The notes: a model not told the origin generated them from the letters alone. Positions 12,701-22,543 are shown, counted from the stretch's first letter. The stretch: DNA of 64,000 bases from Obrimoposthia wandeli (GCA_977020255.1 CDROCS010000253.1:2976001-3040000), one strand, 5' to 3'. Numbers and translations: made by a program.

Positions 12701-15700
12701 TCAGAAACCACTCAGCAAACTAATTTATCTAGTCAAGCTCATACACGATCAACGGTCGTTACTGGAGTACAAGTGAAGAAAGTTACTAATACCGCTATTG
12801 CAAATAAGCAAAGCAAAAGGCAAGTACCTGCAGGTGTTAAACATCAAGCAAGTAAAGAAATTTTCCAAGAAACAGCCACGCATCAAGCTTTTTTAAATAC
12901 TCGCCAAATGGCAGGTCAGCAGATTTCTAAATTGATTGAAATGCAAGCTAATGTCAGTGCAGGGTTGCCGACTTATGTTTCAACATCAACATCAAGCGCA
13001 GTTGAGCCGTTAAATGAACGTGCTCATGCACCTGAGCTTTCGGTTGTCTCTTCAAATGTACACGCAGCGAATGAAAGCTGGGCAAATGAATCAGGCTTTA
13101 AAATAAAAGGCCCAGCAGGATACAGCTACCCACCATTACAACTTGAAGAGCGCTTTAATAAACCCGAAGAGATTATTTGGGATACTGCTGATTTAGTTGA
13201 ATTTGCTGAAGGTGATATCGCGAAAGTGTTTGGTGATGAGTTTAAAATCATCGACAGTTATTCACGTCGTGTACGTTTACCGACCACAGATTATTTATTA
13301 GTTTCACGTGTTACCGAACTTGAAGCTACGGTAAATGAATATAAAAAATCATACATGTGCACTGAGTATGATATTCCCGTTGATGCGCCGTTCCTTATCG
13401 ATGGTCAAATTCCTTGGTCAGTATCGGTTGAATCAGGACAATGTGATTTATTATTAATTTCTTATATTGGTATTGATTTTCAAGCCAAAGGCGAACGTGT
13501 TTATCGTTTACTTGATTGTGAATTAACCTTCTTAGAAGAAATGGCCTTTGGTGGTGAAACACTGCGTTATGAAATTCATATCGACTCATATGCACGAAAC
13601 GGCGAGCAATTATTATTCTTCTTTCACTACGATTGTTATGTTGGTGATAAAAAAGTATTAATCATGCGTAATGGTTGTGCGGGTTTCTTCACTGATGAAG
13701 AACTTGCTGATGGCAAAGGCGTAATCTTAAATGATAAAGATAAAGCGGAATTAGCTAATGCAGTTAAAAGTGACTTCACGCCATTAATTACTAATGTAGA
13801 TGCCGCTAAACAAGCCAAACAGCATTTCGATTACGTTGACATGATGAAACTGGTTGATGGCGATGTAGCGGGTTGTTTTGGTGAAGAATATAACCAACAA
13901 GGTCGTAATCCGTCATTAAAGTTCTCGTCTAAGAAATTCTTAATGATAGAGCGCATTACTAAGATTGATGCAAAAGGCGGTCATTGGGGCTTAGGCTTGT
14001 TAGAAGGTCAAAAAGACTTAGACCCGCAGCATTGGTATTTCCCATGTCACTTTAAAGGTGACCAAGTGATGGCCGGCTCATTAATGAGTGAAGGTTGTGG
14101 TCAAATGGCGATGTTCTTAATGCTTAAATTAGGCATGCACGCTAATGTAAATAACGCACGTTTCCAGCCTATGCCAGGTGAGTCTCAAACCGTACGTTGT
14201 CGTGGCCAAGTATTGCCACAACACAATACGTTAACGTATCGTATGGAAGTAACCGCAATGGGCATGGAACCTTACCCATTCTTAAAAGCGAATATCGAAA
14301 TTATTCTTGATGGTAAAGCAGTTGTTGATTTTAAAAACTTATCAGTGATGATCACCGAGCAAGATGATAATTCTCCGTACCCGGTAACATTGCCTGATAA
14401 CGTTAAACTTGTTCAGGGAATAACTGAGCAAGTACCTAAGAATGAAGTATCAGAGTTAGAAGGTGAATTAGATGAGCGAGGTATTGCGCCATTTAAACAT
14501 GCACATCGCCCATTAATGAAAGTTGTGTCTGATTTATCTGCGCCAAAAGAGAAGGGCGTAACACCAATTCAACATTTTGAAGCGCCAATGGTCGTTGGTC
14601 AAAATCGTGTACCTAACCAAGCGCCGTTTACACCGTGGCATATGTTTGAATTTGCTACCGGTAATATCTCTAAATGTTTTGGTCCTGATTTTGACGTGTA
14701 TAAAGGTCGTATTCCTCCACGTACGCCATGTGGTGATTTACAAGTCGTGACGCAAGTTGTCGAAGTGCAAGGTGAGCGTTTAGATCTTAAAAAGACTTCT
14801 AGCTGTATCGCAGAATACTATGTGCCAAGTGATGCATGGTACTTCACAAAAAATAGTGTGAATAACTGGATGCCTTATTCACTCATCATGGAAATTGCCT
14901 TACAACCTAATGGCTTTATTTCGGGTTACATGGGCACCACGCTTAAATACCCAGAAAAAGATCTATTTTTCCGCAATCTTGATGGCAGCGGTGACTTAAT
15001 TAAACAGGTAGATTTACGTGATAAAACTATTGTTAATAAGTCGGTATTATTAAGCACTACCATGGCTGGCGGTATGATAGTACAAAGCTTCACTTTTGAG
15101 CTGTATGTTAAAAATGAAAGTGCTGCTGTGTCATTAGATAGTCATGACCTAGCTCAGCATGAACAGTTCTACAAAGGTACGGCCGTGTTTGGTTACTTTG
15201 GTGCAGATGCGTTAACTAACCAATTAGGTATCGATAACGGTAAAGTAACTCACCCTTGGTTTGTTGATAACAATACACCTAAGTCAGACATTAAGGTGAT
15301 CGATCTTAGTAATTCAAATCTGCCTCTATACCAAGCGCCATTGAACAAACCGCATTATAAATTAGCGGGTGGTCAAATGAACTTTATTGATACCGTTTCT
15401 ATTGTTGAAGGCGGCGGTAAAGCGGGTATTGCTTATGTACATGGTGAACGTACTATTGATGCGACAGATTGGTTCTTCCGTTATCACTTCCACCAAGACC
15501 CAGTAATGCCTGGCTCATTGGGTGTTGAAGCGGTTATCGAATTAATGCAAACCTATGCTTTAGAAAATGATTTAGGTAAGCAATTCACTAATCCAAGATT
15601 TATCGCACCAGCAACTTTGGTTAAATGGAAATATCGTGGTCAAATCACGCCGTTAAACAAACAAATGTCATTAGATGTGCATATTACGGATATCGTCAAA

Positions 15701-15817
15701 ACCGCCGGAGCTGACGGGAAAGGTGAAGTGAGATTAGTTGGCGATGCTAACTTATCGAAAGATGGGCTAAGAATCTACGAAGTGAAAGATATTGTCCTAT
15801 CGCTTGTTGAAGCCTAA
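9758..15817 (+). CDS. pfaC: PUFA synthase PfaC (KS, chain-length factor, FabA-like DH domains)
   Basis: KS DAACASS, HATGT, KSNLGH; DH motifs CHFKGDQVMAG and YHFHQDPVMPG. Confidence 0.96.
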   Translation: MENIAVVGIANLFPGSSAPEEFWQQLLKKQDCRSKATKEQMGVDPEKYTGKKGDTDKFYCVHGGYIRDFNFDAISFIQNTAGLTAPLSEEYLNQLDDLNKWALYVTQQALTDAGYWGSDKLEQCGVILGNLSFPTKSSNHLFMPLYHQVVDNALKAGIDKDFQLSHFSDTDIASNNIHADNALVAGYPAALLAKAAGLGGTHFALDAACASSCYSVKLACDYLHTGKADMMLAGAVSGSDPMFVNMGFSIFQAYPANNIHAPFDKNSQGLFAGEGAGMMVLKRHSDAVRDGDKIHAIIKGGALSNDGKGEFVLSPNTKGQVLVYERAYEDAAVDPRDVDYIECHATGTPKGDNVELGSMDTFFSRFPRENGNKPLLGSVKSNLGHLLTAAGMPGMTKAIWALNEAKIPATINLNEPLSSKKGYLGGAQMPTDTIDWPVPLKKANTANKPRTAGVSVFGFGGSNAHLVLQQPTQQLEPITVKAKKREPLAIIGMDAHFGGAEDLASFKTLIETNGNTFRELPTNRWKGINHDTDVMNALQLNKAPQGGYVENFDIDFLRFKVPPNEQDCLIPQQLMMMKVADNAAKDAGLKEGSNVAVLVAMGIELELHQYRGRVNLSTQIEESLLQQGVTLNTEQRETLTNIAKDGVAHAAQLNQYTSFIGNIMASRISALWDFTGPAITLSAEENSVYRCVELAENLFQTSDIDAVIIASVDLAGSVENITLRQHFGPVNKGPVEKGPVSTNSATSENVLEQNTWKVGEGAGAFVVKPLSKVIQVAEQSIYATIDGVSFANGKDAAAITKAAIASLNIAGLNSADITSVEAHASGFSAENTAEAQALPALYAGKAISSVKSNIGHTFNASGVASIIKTALVLNEDRSTSHIAVNGLGKDESCAHLILSSSKLAHQAAPAPTGKQRPKLIKNISLGGKAIFADIIANVKAPAMAAIKQAFTKQPLRQVKQTVNVMNIKPKLSEVKVSETKLSETTQQTNLSSQAHTRSTVVTGVQVKKVTNTAIANKQSKRQVPAGVKHQASKEIFQETATHQAFLNTRQMAGQQISKLIEMQANVSAGLPTYVSTSTSSAVEPLNERAHAPELSVVSSNVHAANESWANESGFKIKGPAGYSYPPLQLEERFNKPEEIIWDTADLVEFAEGDIAKVFGDEFKIIDSYSRRVRLPTTDYLLVSRVTELEATVNEYKKSYMCTEYDIPVDAPFLIDGQIPWSVSVESGQCDLLLISYIGIDFQAKGERVYRLLDCELTFLEEMAFGGETLRYEIHIDSYARNGEQLLFFFHYDCYVGDKKVLIMRNGCAGFFTDEELADGKGVILNDKDKAELANAVKSDFTPLITNVDAAKQAKQHFDYVDMMKLVDGDVAGCFGEEYNQQGRNPSLKFSSKKFLMIERITKIDAKGGHWGLGLLEGQKDLDPQHWYFPCHFKGDQVMAGSLMSEGCGQMAMFLMLKLGMHANVNNARFQPMPGESQTVRCRGQVLPQHNTLTYRMEVTAMGMEPYPFLKANIEIILDGKAVVDFKNLSVMITEQDDNSPYPVTLPDNVKLVQGITEQVPKNEVSELEGELDERGIAPFKHAHRPLMKVVSDLSAPKEKGVTPIQHFEAPMVVGQNRVPNQAPFTPWHMFEFATGNISKCFGPDFDVYKGRIPPRTPCGDLQVVTQVVEVQGERLDLKKTSSCIAEYYVPSDAWYFTKNSVNNWMPYSLIMEIALQPNGFISGYMGTTLKYPEKDLFFRNLDGSGDLIKQVDLRDKTIVNKSVLLSTTMAGGMIVQSFTFELYVKNESAAVSLDSHDLAQHEQFYKGTAVFGYFGADALTNQLGIDNGKVTHPWFVDNNTPKSDIKVIDLSNSNLPLYQAPLNKPHYKLAGGQMNFIDTVSIVEGGGKAGIAYVHGERTIDATDWFFRYHFHQDPVMPGSLGVEAVIELMQTYALENDLGKQFTNPRFIAPATLVKWKYRGQITPLNKQMSLDVHITDIVKTAGADGKGEVRLVGDANLSKDGLRIYEVKDIVLSLVEA

Positions 15818-16020
15818 CTAACAGCTAACCTCATTGCCATTTGGCACTGTTGCAGCATCAGAAATACTCATTGGTACTTACCTTAAGATAAGCCAATTCC
15901 ATGTTTCTTCTTTGCAACGTACCAACTGGCTTCGAGCTTAACTATTAGGATTAACACCATTACTTAGTCAGTCAAATAGATCTTAAAAAATAAGAACAAG
16001 TAAGATAAATAGGAACAAAG

Positions 16021-17619
16021 ATGTCAAATTTAAGTTATAGCAATGCCAATCCAATTGATTGGGCATGGAAAGTTAATAGCAGCGCTGTTAAAGGCAACGA
16101 TGTAGAAATAAAGTCAGCGTTAATGGACTTAACAAAGCCGGTTTATGTCGCAAAATCTGCTAATGGTTTTGGTGTGGTAAACACTACCGCAGCTACGGGT
16201 GATACGGATGTAGTCGCTTTTGCTCAAAAGCTTACTCCACAAGATTTAGGTGATGATGCTTTTAAAAAGCAGCATGGCGTTAAATACGCTTATCATGGCG
16301 GCGCTATGGCTAATGGTATTGCCTCAGTTGAGCTCGTTGTCGCTTTAGGCAAAGCCGGTTTTTTATGTTCATTCGGCGCAGCAGGTTTAGTACCTGATGC
16401 GGTGGAAGATGCGATTAAACGTATTCAAGCAGAATTACCAAACGGACCTTATGCGGTAAATTTAATACATGCACCAGCGGAAGAAGCATTAGAGCGTGGC
16501 GCCGTTGAGCGCTTTTTAAAGCTTGGCGTTAAAACAGTAGAAGCTTCAGCTTATTTAGGGTTAACCGAACATATCGTTTGGTATCGTTTAGCGGGTTTAT
16601 CTAAAAATAGCGATGGCAGCGTAAATATCGGTAATAAAGTTATTGCAAAGGTATCGCGAACTGAAGTTGGTCGTCGCTTTATGGAGCCTGCGCCGCAAAA
16701 ACTAATTGATAAGCTACTGGCTCAAGGTAAAGTCACCCAAGAGCAAGCTGAGCTGTCAAAGCTTGTACCTATGGCTGATGATATAACCGCTGAAGCAGAC
16801 TCTGGTGGCCATACCGATAATCGTCCTTTCTTAACCTTACTACCAACGATTATAGCGCTTCGTGATGAAGTTCAAGCACAATACAACTTCTCTCCAGCGC
16901 TACGTGTTGGCGCTGGTGGTGGTATTGGTACCCCTGAAGCGGCATTAGCTGCCTTTAATATGGGCTCAGCTTATATTGTTTTAGGCTCGGTAAACCAAGC
17001 CTGTGTTGAAGCGGGCGCTTCTGAATACACACGTAAGTTATTAGCCAGCGTTGAAATGGCTGATGTCACTATGGCACCAGCGGCAGATATGTTTGAAATG
17101 GGCGTGAAGTTGCAAGTAGTTAAGCGTGGTTCAATGTTCGCCATGCGAGCGAAGAAGCTTTACGAGCTATACATTAACTATGACTCCATTGAAGCTATTC
17201 CGGCTGATGAACGTCTTAAGATTGAAAAGCAGATATTTCGCTCTAATCTTGATGATGTTTGGGCAGGTACTGAAGCCTTTTTCACTGAACGTGATCCTGA
17301 AATGTTAGCGCGAGCACAATCTAGCCCTAAACGTAAAATGGCGCTAATTTTCCGTTGGTATTTAGGATTAAGCTCTCGCTGGTCAAATACTGGCGAAAAA
17401 GGCCGTGAAATGGATTACCAAATTTGGGCAGGTCCAAGTTTAGGTGCTTTTAATAGCTGGGTAAAAGGCACGTATTTAGAAGACTATACTCGCCGTTATG
17501 CAGTAGATGTAGCCTTGCATATGTTAAAAGGTGCTGCCTACTTACAACGAGTTAATCAGCTAAAACTACAAGGTGTTAGCTTAAGCACTAAGTTGGCTGG
17601 CTATCGTAGCGAAGACTAG
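16021..17619 (+). CDS. pfaD: PUFA synthase enoyl reductase PfaD
   Basis: GGAMANGIAS, EADSGGHTD, YQIWAGP motifs; position after pfaC. Confidence 0.96.
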   Translation: MSNLSYSNANPIDWAWKVNSSAVKGNDVEIKSALMDLTKPVYVAKSANGFGVVNTTAATGDTDVVAFAQKLTPQDLGDDAFKKQHGVKYAYHGGAMANGIASVELVVALGKAGFLCSFGAAGLVPDAVEDAIKRIQAELPNGPYAVNLIHAPAEEALERGAVERFLKLGVKTVEASAYLGLTEHIVWYRLAGLSKNSDGSVNIGNKVIAKVSRTEVGRRFMEPAPQKLIDKLLAQGKVTQEQAELSKLVPMADDITAEADSGGHTDNRPFLTLLPTIIALRDEVQAQYNFSPALRVGAGGGIGTPEAALAAFNMGSAYIVLGSVNQACVEAGASEYTRKLLASVEMADVTMAPAADMFEMGVKLQVVKRGSMFAMRAKKLYELYINYDSIEAIPADERLKIEKQIFRSNLDDVWAGTEAFFTERDPEMLARAQSSPKRKMALIFRWYLGLSSRWSNTGEKGREMDYQIWAGPSLGAFNSWVKGTYLEDYTRRYAVDVALHMLKGAAYLQRVNQLKLQGVSLSTKLAGYRSED

Positions 17620-17658
17620 TTTTACTGTATTAAAAGTTAAGGCTTAAGAGGAAATTAG

Positions 17659-17982
17659 ATGTCAACATGTACTGAATTTGCAGTTTTTGAGGTTGAAAAA
17701 GCGAACTTAGCGCGCGTGATCGCGTTAAGTGAGTCACTATTTATTGAAATAAATGCTGAGCAAGAAAATATTATTGCTCACGAAATATTAGTGAAAATCG
17801 ATAACTCAGATGAAGGCACGGAAGAAATATGTTGGCATCTTACTTGGGCAAATGTTGAAGCCGTAGAGGCAAGTTCAACTAAATGGTCAACCTACCCAAG
17901 TGCAGCAGGAATAGAGTCTTTGGTCGGTAAAAAACTCTATTATGGTCACTTTGTCGCAGTTGTTGCATCGACAAGAAAATAA
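17659..17982 (+). CDS. Hypothetical protein (possibly dimeric alpha-beta barrel)
   Basis: 107 aa ORF with RBS GAGG. Confidence 0.65.
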   Translation: MSTCTEFAVFEVEKANLARVIALSESLFIEINAEQENIIAHEILVKIDNSDEGTEEICWHLTWANVEAVEASSTKWSTYPSAAGIESLVGKKLYYGHFVAVVASTRK

Positions 17983-18042
17983 CCGCTAAGGCTGTCTTTT
18001 TGGCAGCAGCTTGTTATTCAACAATCGCGTGCTATTCATAAG

Positions 18043-18582
18043 TTAACGGCTGCCTTCTGCAACAATCACAGGTAAATCCATACAACCATAATTAATACCG
18101 GCCTGACTCAATACACAGGTTAATTGTCCTCGATGATGAGTTTGATGGTTAAAAATATGTTGAGTCACATCTGCAACCGCTTTGGTTATAACAACACCTT
18201 CAGTAGTGGTATAAGTAATAAAGCTATCGCAATCCTCTTCAGTTAAATTATCGCAATAGTGGACAATTAGCCTATCAACCTGTGCTCTTAACGAAGCAAT
18301 GTCTCGTAAGTTATGGTGATAAATATCTTGTGGCGAAACAGGCTTTGGAAATTCTGAGAAATCTAACGGCGATAGATTTGCTATATTATTTGACGCTAAA
18401 CGACCCATTAAAATCAAATCACCGAACAAAATATGATTCCAATAGCTGATGATATTGGGGAAAAAGGAGTGAGTGTCTTTTTCTAAGGTTTCACTTGGTA
18501 GCGTCAGACAATGTGCCATTAATTGGCTATTCATCCGTTGATTATATAGCGACATCATTTTAAAATTTTTCGATAAACTCAA
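18043..18582 (-). CDS. DinB family protein
   Basis: YNQRMN, NHILFGD and HIFNHQTHHRGQ motifs; TTG start. Confidence 0.85.
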   Translation of the reverse strand: MSLSKNFKMMSLYNQRMNSQLMAHCLTLPSETLEKDTHSFFPNIISYWNHILFGDLILMGRLASNNIANLSPLDFSEFPKPVSPQDIYHHNLRDIASLRAQVDRLIVHYCDNLTEEDCDSFITYTTTEGVVITKAVADVTQHIFNHQTHHRGQLTCVLSQAGINYGCMDLPVIVAEGSR

Positions 18583-18646
18583 TTCAATTTCCTCAAGTTA
18601 GTTACTTTATTCTTTATTATATTACTTACAAAGGGCATAAAATTAA

Positions 18647-19285
18647 TTAGATTGCCGACAGTAGCCAAATAGTTTCAGTCGCTTCACACTTACCCTTTAA
18701 ACCACCAGGTACGTCTATTTTTTTAAGAAGATTCAAGCTGTATTTATCGGAGTAATACTGCTTAACATCATCTGGACTAATGGAAAAAGGAGGACCTTCC
18801 ATCACTGTTTGGTCATATTCAAAGGTAAGTAGCAGTTGTGGCGCAATACGGGTGATTTCAAGTAAATGTGATCTATATTTTTTACGCATCTGATCTGGTA
18901 AGGCAACCAACGCAGCTCTATCATAAATGGCATCAACGCCACCTAATACCTCAGAAGATAGCTCAAAAATATCACCTACAAATATATCGATATTTTCTGC
19001 GCTATAGCAGTCTAAATTTCCTAATGTTGAAATCCTCGGCTCTACGCCAAGTTCACTGAATAACTGTTCTACGGCAGGTTTATTTAGCTCAGCTCCAGTA
19101 ACACGATAACCTTTAGAGAGTAACCAGGCAATATCAAGCGTTTTACCGCATAAGGGTAAAAATAGTCGGTCACCTTCAGCTAAAGAAAGGGTATTGATAT
19201 ATTCAGCTAATAACGGGTTAACGGCACGTTGATGAAAGCCTATTTCATTGCTTTCCCATAGTTGATGCCAAAAATTTGAATCCAT
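18647..19285 (-). CDS. tpm: Thiopurine S-methyltransferase family
   Basis: FWHQLW-IGFH, PLCGKTLD, YDRAALVALP motifs. Confidence 0.9.
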   Translation of the reverse strand: MDSNFWHQLWESNEIGFHQRAVNPLLAEYINTLSLAEGDRLFLPLCGKTLDIAWLLSKGYRVTGAELNKPAVEQLFSELGVEPRISTLGNLDCYSAENIDIFVGDIFELSSEVLGGVDAIYDRAALVALPDQMRKKYRSHLLEITRIAPQLLLTFEYDQTVMEGPPFSISPDDVKQYYSDKYSLNLLKKIDVPGGLKGKCEATETIWLLSAI

Positions 19286-19313
19286 TTTATATCCCTTAGT
19301 TATTTATTGAGTA

Positions 19314-19408
19314 TACCAACGCCCTAAGAGTGGGCAAATAATTGTAGCTAAAGCTGGGGAATGAAAACAGTAAACTGTTTTTTGTCATGTTTGATTGGAG
19401 AGTTTTAC
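19314..19408 (-). repeat. Degenerate attC
   Basis: taccaac gccct aagagtgggcaaa...tttgtcatgtttga...gtt matches the array attC pattern with substitutions. Confidence 0.6.
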
Positions 19409-19444
19409 GTTGTTTTACTTTATATGTAATAATTTTATTTTTTG

Positions 19445-19536
19445 ATATAACGCCTTGCGAAACGGAAAATGATAATTAGCTACTACCGTGAAGCGATGGC
19501 TAACTGTTATTTTTCCGTTTACGCAATTTGTTATGT
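19445..19536 (-). repeat. attC
   Basis: ATATAAC...cggaaaat...ttagct/ggctaa...atttttccg...GTTATGT. Confidence 0.85.
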
Positions 19537-19544
19537 GTTATGGA

Positions 19545-19751
19545 TTAAACCGCAACAACTTTATTAGCACATGGACCTTTTTGTCCTTGGCCTACTTCGA
19601 ATTCAACCGCTTGGCCGTCAGCTAATGTAGCATATTCGCCGCCTGATTGAATTTCTGAATGATGTACGAACAAATCTTTACTTCCGTCTTCTGGAGTAAT
19701 AAAACCGAAACCTTTATCCGCATTAAACCACTTAACTATACCTTTACTCAT
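19545..19751 (-). CDS. Cold-shock protein (CspA family)
   Basis: [15 protein letters not shown] (RNP1) and DLFVHHS (RNP2); 68 aa. Confidence 0.97.
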   Translation of the reverse strand: MSKGIVKWFNADKGFGFITPEDGSKDLFVHHSEIQSGGEYATLADGQAVEFEVGQGQKGPCANKVVAV

Positions 19752-19884
19752 AATATTCTCTTTATTTTCGGTGAAAAATATAATTCTGATTTGCTATCAC
19801 CATTACAAAATCAGAAATTGAAACTAGTCACTAATGAGATGAAAGTCCGTTGTAGGAAGATCACCATCTATTCAACTTATTGTT

Positions 19885-19913
19885 ATTAAACGCTAACTAA
19901 TAGCGTATGGCAA
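19885..19913 (-). promoter_or_regulatory. Putative sigma70 promoter of the csp gene, giving a ~125 nt 5'UTR
   Basis: Minus strand TTGCCA-17 bp-TTTAAT. Confidence 0.55.
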
Positions 19914-20248
19914 GGGCTTATCATTGATTATTGCTCTGAAGGAAGCCGCTAGCCCTATTGTTGCAAAATAAGGTGAATTGATGAACAAAAACACCTTATG
20001 AGGCGTAGGCCGATAATCCCACAATAAGCATTGTGTTTTGATTTTAACACACAACCTTTTGAATTAATGACTTTCTAATATATTGATTTAAATAGTCATG
20101 ACCTGATAATGTGATATTACCTTGATTTGGAGCTGTTTAAATTAATATAGTCATTACCTCGTCAGTTGCTGTTTGGCTTACTTAAAAGGCTAAAATGAGC
20201 CCTAAAGCCCATAAAATAGCTATTATTCTGACAATAACACTAAAGTTA

Positions 20249-20647
20249 TTAGTCAGTGATTTCTAGCGAATAAGTAATCATAATTGTGGGTTGTAGCATT
20301 AAACAAACATGACAATATTTATTTATAGCTGCTTCTATTGCTGTTTTAATCTGAGATTTAATAACTTCTTTCGCTTCAATCGAAAAATGTAAATTCACCG
20401 ACTTATATAACCTCGGCTCATTCTCTGTTAATTGATAGGTTAAACAGTTATTTAGACTTTTAAGTTCAATATCATTATTTTTGAAATAAAGGGCAACATC
20501 GGTTGCACTACACGAACCTAATGCTGATAATAATATTTCCGTGGGGCAAGGAGCTGATTTACTATCAGCATCAATGAAAATTTCGAATCCATCTTCAGTA
20601 ACAACATTGAAGCGGAAATCTCCTTGCCAATTAACATTAATAGTCAT
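20249..20647 (-). CDS. OsmC/YhfA family protein
   Basis: PTEILLSALGSCS and KYCHV motifs. Confidence 0.85.
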   Translation of the reverse strand: MTINVNWQGDFRFNVVTEDGFEIFIDADSKSAPCPTEILLSALGSCSATDVALYFKNNDIELKSLNNCLTYQLTENEPRLYKSVNLHFSIEAKEVIKSQIKTAIEAAINKYCHVCLMLQPTIMITYSLEITD

Positions 20648-20683
20648 ATTTTCCCTATAAAATTATTCATCGAGCAAAATTAT

Positions 20684-20791
20684 ATTTAACGCCTGAAAAT
20701 GGGGCTAAATATTTTACTAAATTGTTTGTGAAAATGTTGAGAAATTAAAATCGAAAACAGTTGTTAGTCCCAATGTATTGGCTTATTAGGT
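20684..20791 (-). repeat. Degenerate attC (R'' GTT mutated to ATT)
   Basis: atttaac gcc...ggggctaaa...ttagtccc...gcttattagg. Confidence 0.55.
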
Positions 20792-21199
20792 GCCCGATAC
20801 CATTCTGATCCTTTCCGCCGGCACGCGTAATTGTACCATTAAATAAACTTTAAACGCTTCTTCATAAGGTTGTTCATCTACGGCTTTTTGCATACATAAT
20901 AGCCATGCTTCACTTTCCTCAACACCAACGGATAGATGTTTATGCGCGAACGGAATATTGATACTCCCGTAAGTCTGTGTATACAGTTTTGGTCCACCAA
21001 GCCAACCAGACAAAAAATAGCATAGTTTTTTTCTAGACTCTGACAAGTCATTTGAATGCATATCTCTTATTTTTTTTGATTCTGAAAAAACATTCATATT
21101 ATTGTAAAACTCATCAACGAGTTTAGTAATACCATCCAACTTTCCAGCCATAGTATAAGAGTTGTCTCCTACGCCATATTCACAACTTCTAAAACTCAT
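20786..21199 (-). CDS. Group II truncated hemoglobin
   Basis: LVDEFY, FLSGWLGGP-LY, H, WLLCM motifs; start codon uncertain. Confidence 0.88.
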   Translation of the reverse strand: MSFRSCEYGVGDNSYTMAGKLDGITKLVDEFYNNMNVFSESKKIRDMHSNDLSESRKKLCYFLSGWLGGPKLYTQTYGSINIPFAHKHLSVGVEESEAWLLCMQKAVDEQPYEEAFKVYLMVQLRVPAERIRMVSGT

Positions 21200-21284
21200 A
21201 AACGAACCAAACCTCATAGTGTACACAACGGCCCAAGTGAGATGCTAAAATATTTTTTGTTAAAATGAAACTTTTTTGTATTTA

Positions 21285-21482
21285 TTAAAACGTTTCATCT
21301 TCACTATAAACAGTCACGGCAAGCTCACCATTAACATTTTCAGAAACCAAGAAATTTATCGGCTGACAACATACTTGGCAATCTTCAATATACTGCTGTT
21401 CCAAATCGGATGCATCAAGGAGTACTTTAATCGTCTCACCGCAGTAAGGACATTCGATAGACTTCTCAGTTAATTGGTTCAA
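21285..21482 (-). CDS. CPXCG-motif cysteine-rich protein
   Basis: CPYCGE...YIEDCQVCCQPI. Confidence 0.88.
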   Translation of the reverse strand: MNQLTEKSIECPYCGETIKVLLDASDLEQQYIEDCQVCCQPINFLVSENVNGELAVTVYSEDETF

Positions 21483-21511
21483 TTCCTACGATCTCCCAGA
21501 TTTATTGAAAT

Positions 21512-21610
21512 ACATAACATGATTAATTAGCGCGCTAAACAACCGTTGGCTAAAATGCTGAAGAACGAAAACAGCCAACTGATTTTGTCTTATTAATTAG
21601 TTTGTTATAT
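21512..21610 (-). repeat. attC, partly degenerate
   Basis: ACATAAC...gttggctaaaat...cagccaact...GTTATAT. Confidence 0.8.
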
Positions 21611-21629
21611 ATTGCCGAAGACTAATTTT

Positions 21630-21773
21630 TTACTCGCTGTTTTCCGATGCAGGTTGGACGTCCTGTGGTTGATTATCGTCGACACCTAATTTTTTCAAGC
21701 GTTTCTCTTCTTTCTTCTTCTTTTTTGCTATTTCTTTCTGGCGCTTTTCGAAACTATAATTTTGCTTAGCCAT
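21630..21773 (-). CDS. 47-aa Lys-rich small protein (below ORF-track cutoff)
   Basis: Hand translation MAKQNYSFEKRQKEIAKKKKKEEKRLKKLGVDDNQPQDVQPASENSE; RBS AGAGG upstream; lies next to attC 21512-21610. Confidence 0.7.
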   Translation of the reverse strand: MAKQNYSFEKRQKEIAKKKKKEEKRLKKLGVDDNQPQDVQPASENSE

Positions 21774-21984
21774 TCGTATTTTCCTCTACATAACTTCAAG
21801 ATTGTAACCTTTAGGATACGGTATTTTTCAACTGATTGCGCCCTTCATCGTATCGATGACACCCTCAGTTACAAAAGGGTAAAGATTTAGACGCAATTTA
21901 GAAAGCTTATTAGCCATGTAACGCTCGCTTAATAAGCTTTCTGGCTATTTTTTATGCGGCTAAAATTAAAGTAGGTGCTTATTA

Positions 21985-22338
21985 TTACACTAATACTTGT
22001 CGAGTATTCCTGATGTAGTGATGGATCTGACCCTCAACTTTTATGTCAATCATTTCTTCTGGTCGACGATCATTAGGGCAGGGCATATTAGGTGTTGTGC
22101 CAAACACTCGGCAAATTAACGGTCGCTCCTCGTACACAGTGCAACCTTTAGGGCCAAGATGTACGCAGTTATACTCATTTAGCGCGGCATCATGTTCAGC
22201 GTCAGTTTTCACGGGCAGACGCGACATTTCCTCTGAAGAAGTCGTTACTGGACCACAACAATCATGACAGCCGGGTACGCATTTGAACGACGGAATACGT
22301 TCACGCAGATGCTCAACAATTTCTCTGTTATTATTCAT
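21985..22338 (-). CDS. YkgJ family cysteine-cluster protein
   Basis: FKCVPGCHDCCGP...C-HL-C-VYEERPLICRVFG. Confidence 0.88.
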   Translation of the reverse strand: MNNNREIVEHLRERIPSFKCVPGCHDCCGPVTTSSEEMSRLPVKTDAEHDAALNEYNCVHLGPKGCTVYEERPLICRVFGTTPNMPCPNDRRPEEMIDIKVEGQIHHYIRNTRQVLV

Positions 22339-22543
22339 TAATACCTAACTTTTTTGCAGTGCGTGATCATTATAATTAACTACCTTATTATGAGCCGGTA
22401 GCAGACGATGAAACGAGTTTAAGCCCTACAATCCCTGCAACAATCAAGAGTAGGGAAAATATTCTTTGGATATCTTTTGATTCATTGAATAATAACATAC
22501 CCACAGGTAGGGCTAGTTTTAAGTGTGAGATTTAATTGCCTCT

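Noticed and set aside
868-13818. Many short ORFs overlapping the pfa genes
   Set aside because: Antisense or alternate-frame shadows with no motifs.
1-17619. pfaE (PPTase) in the cluster
   Set aside because: No PPTase ORF in the window; it may lie upstream or elsewhere.
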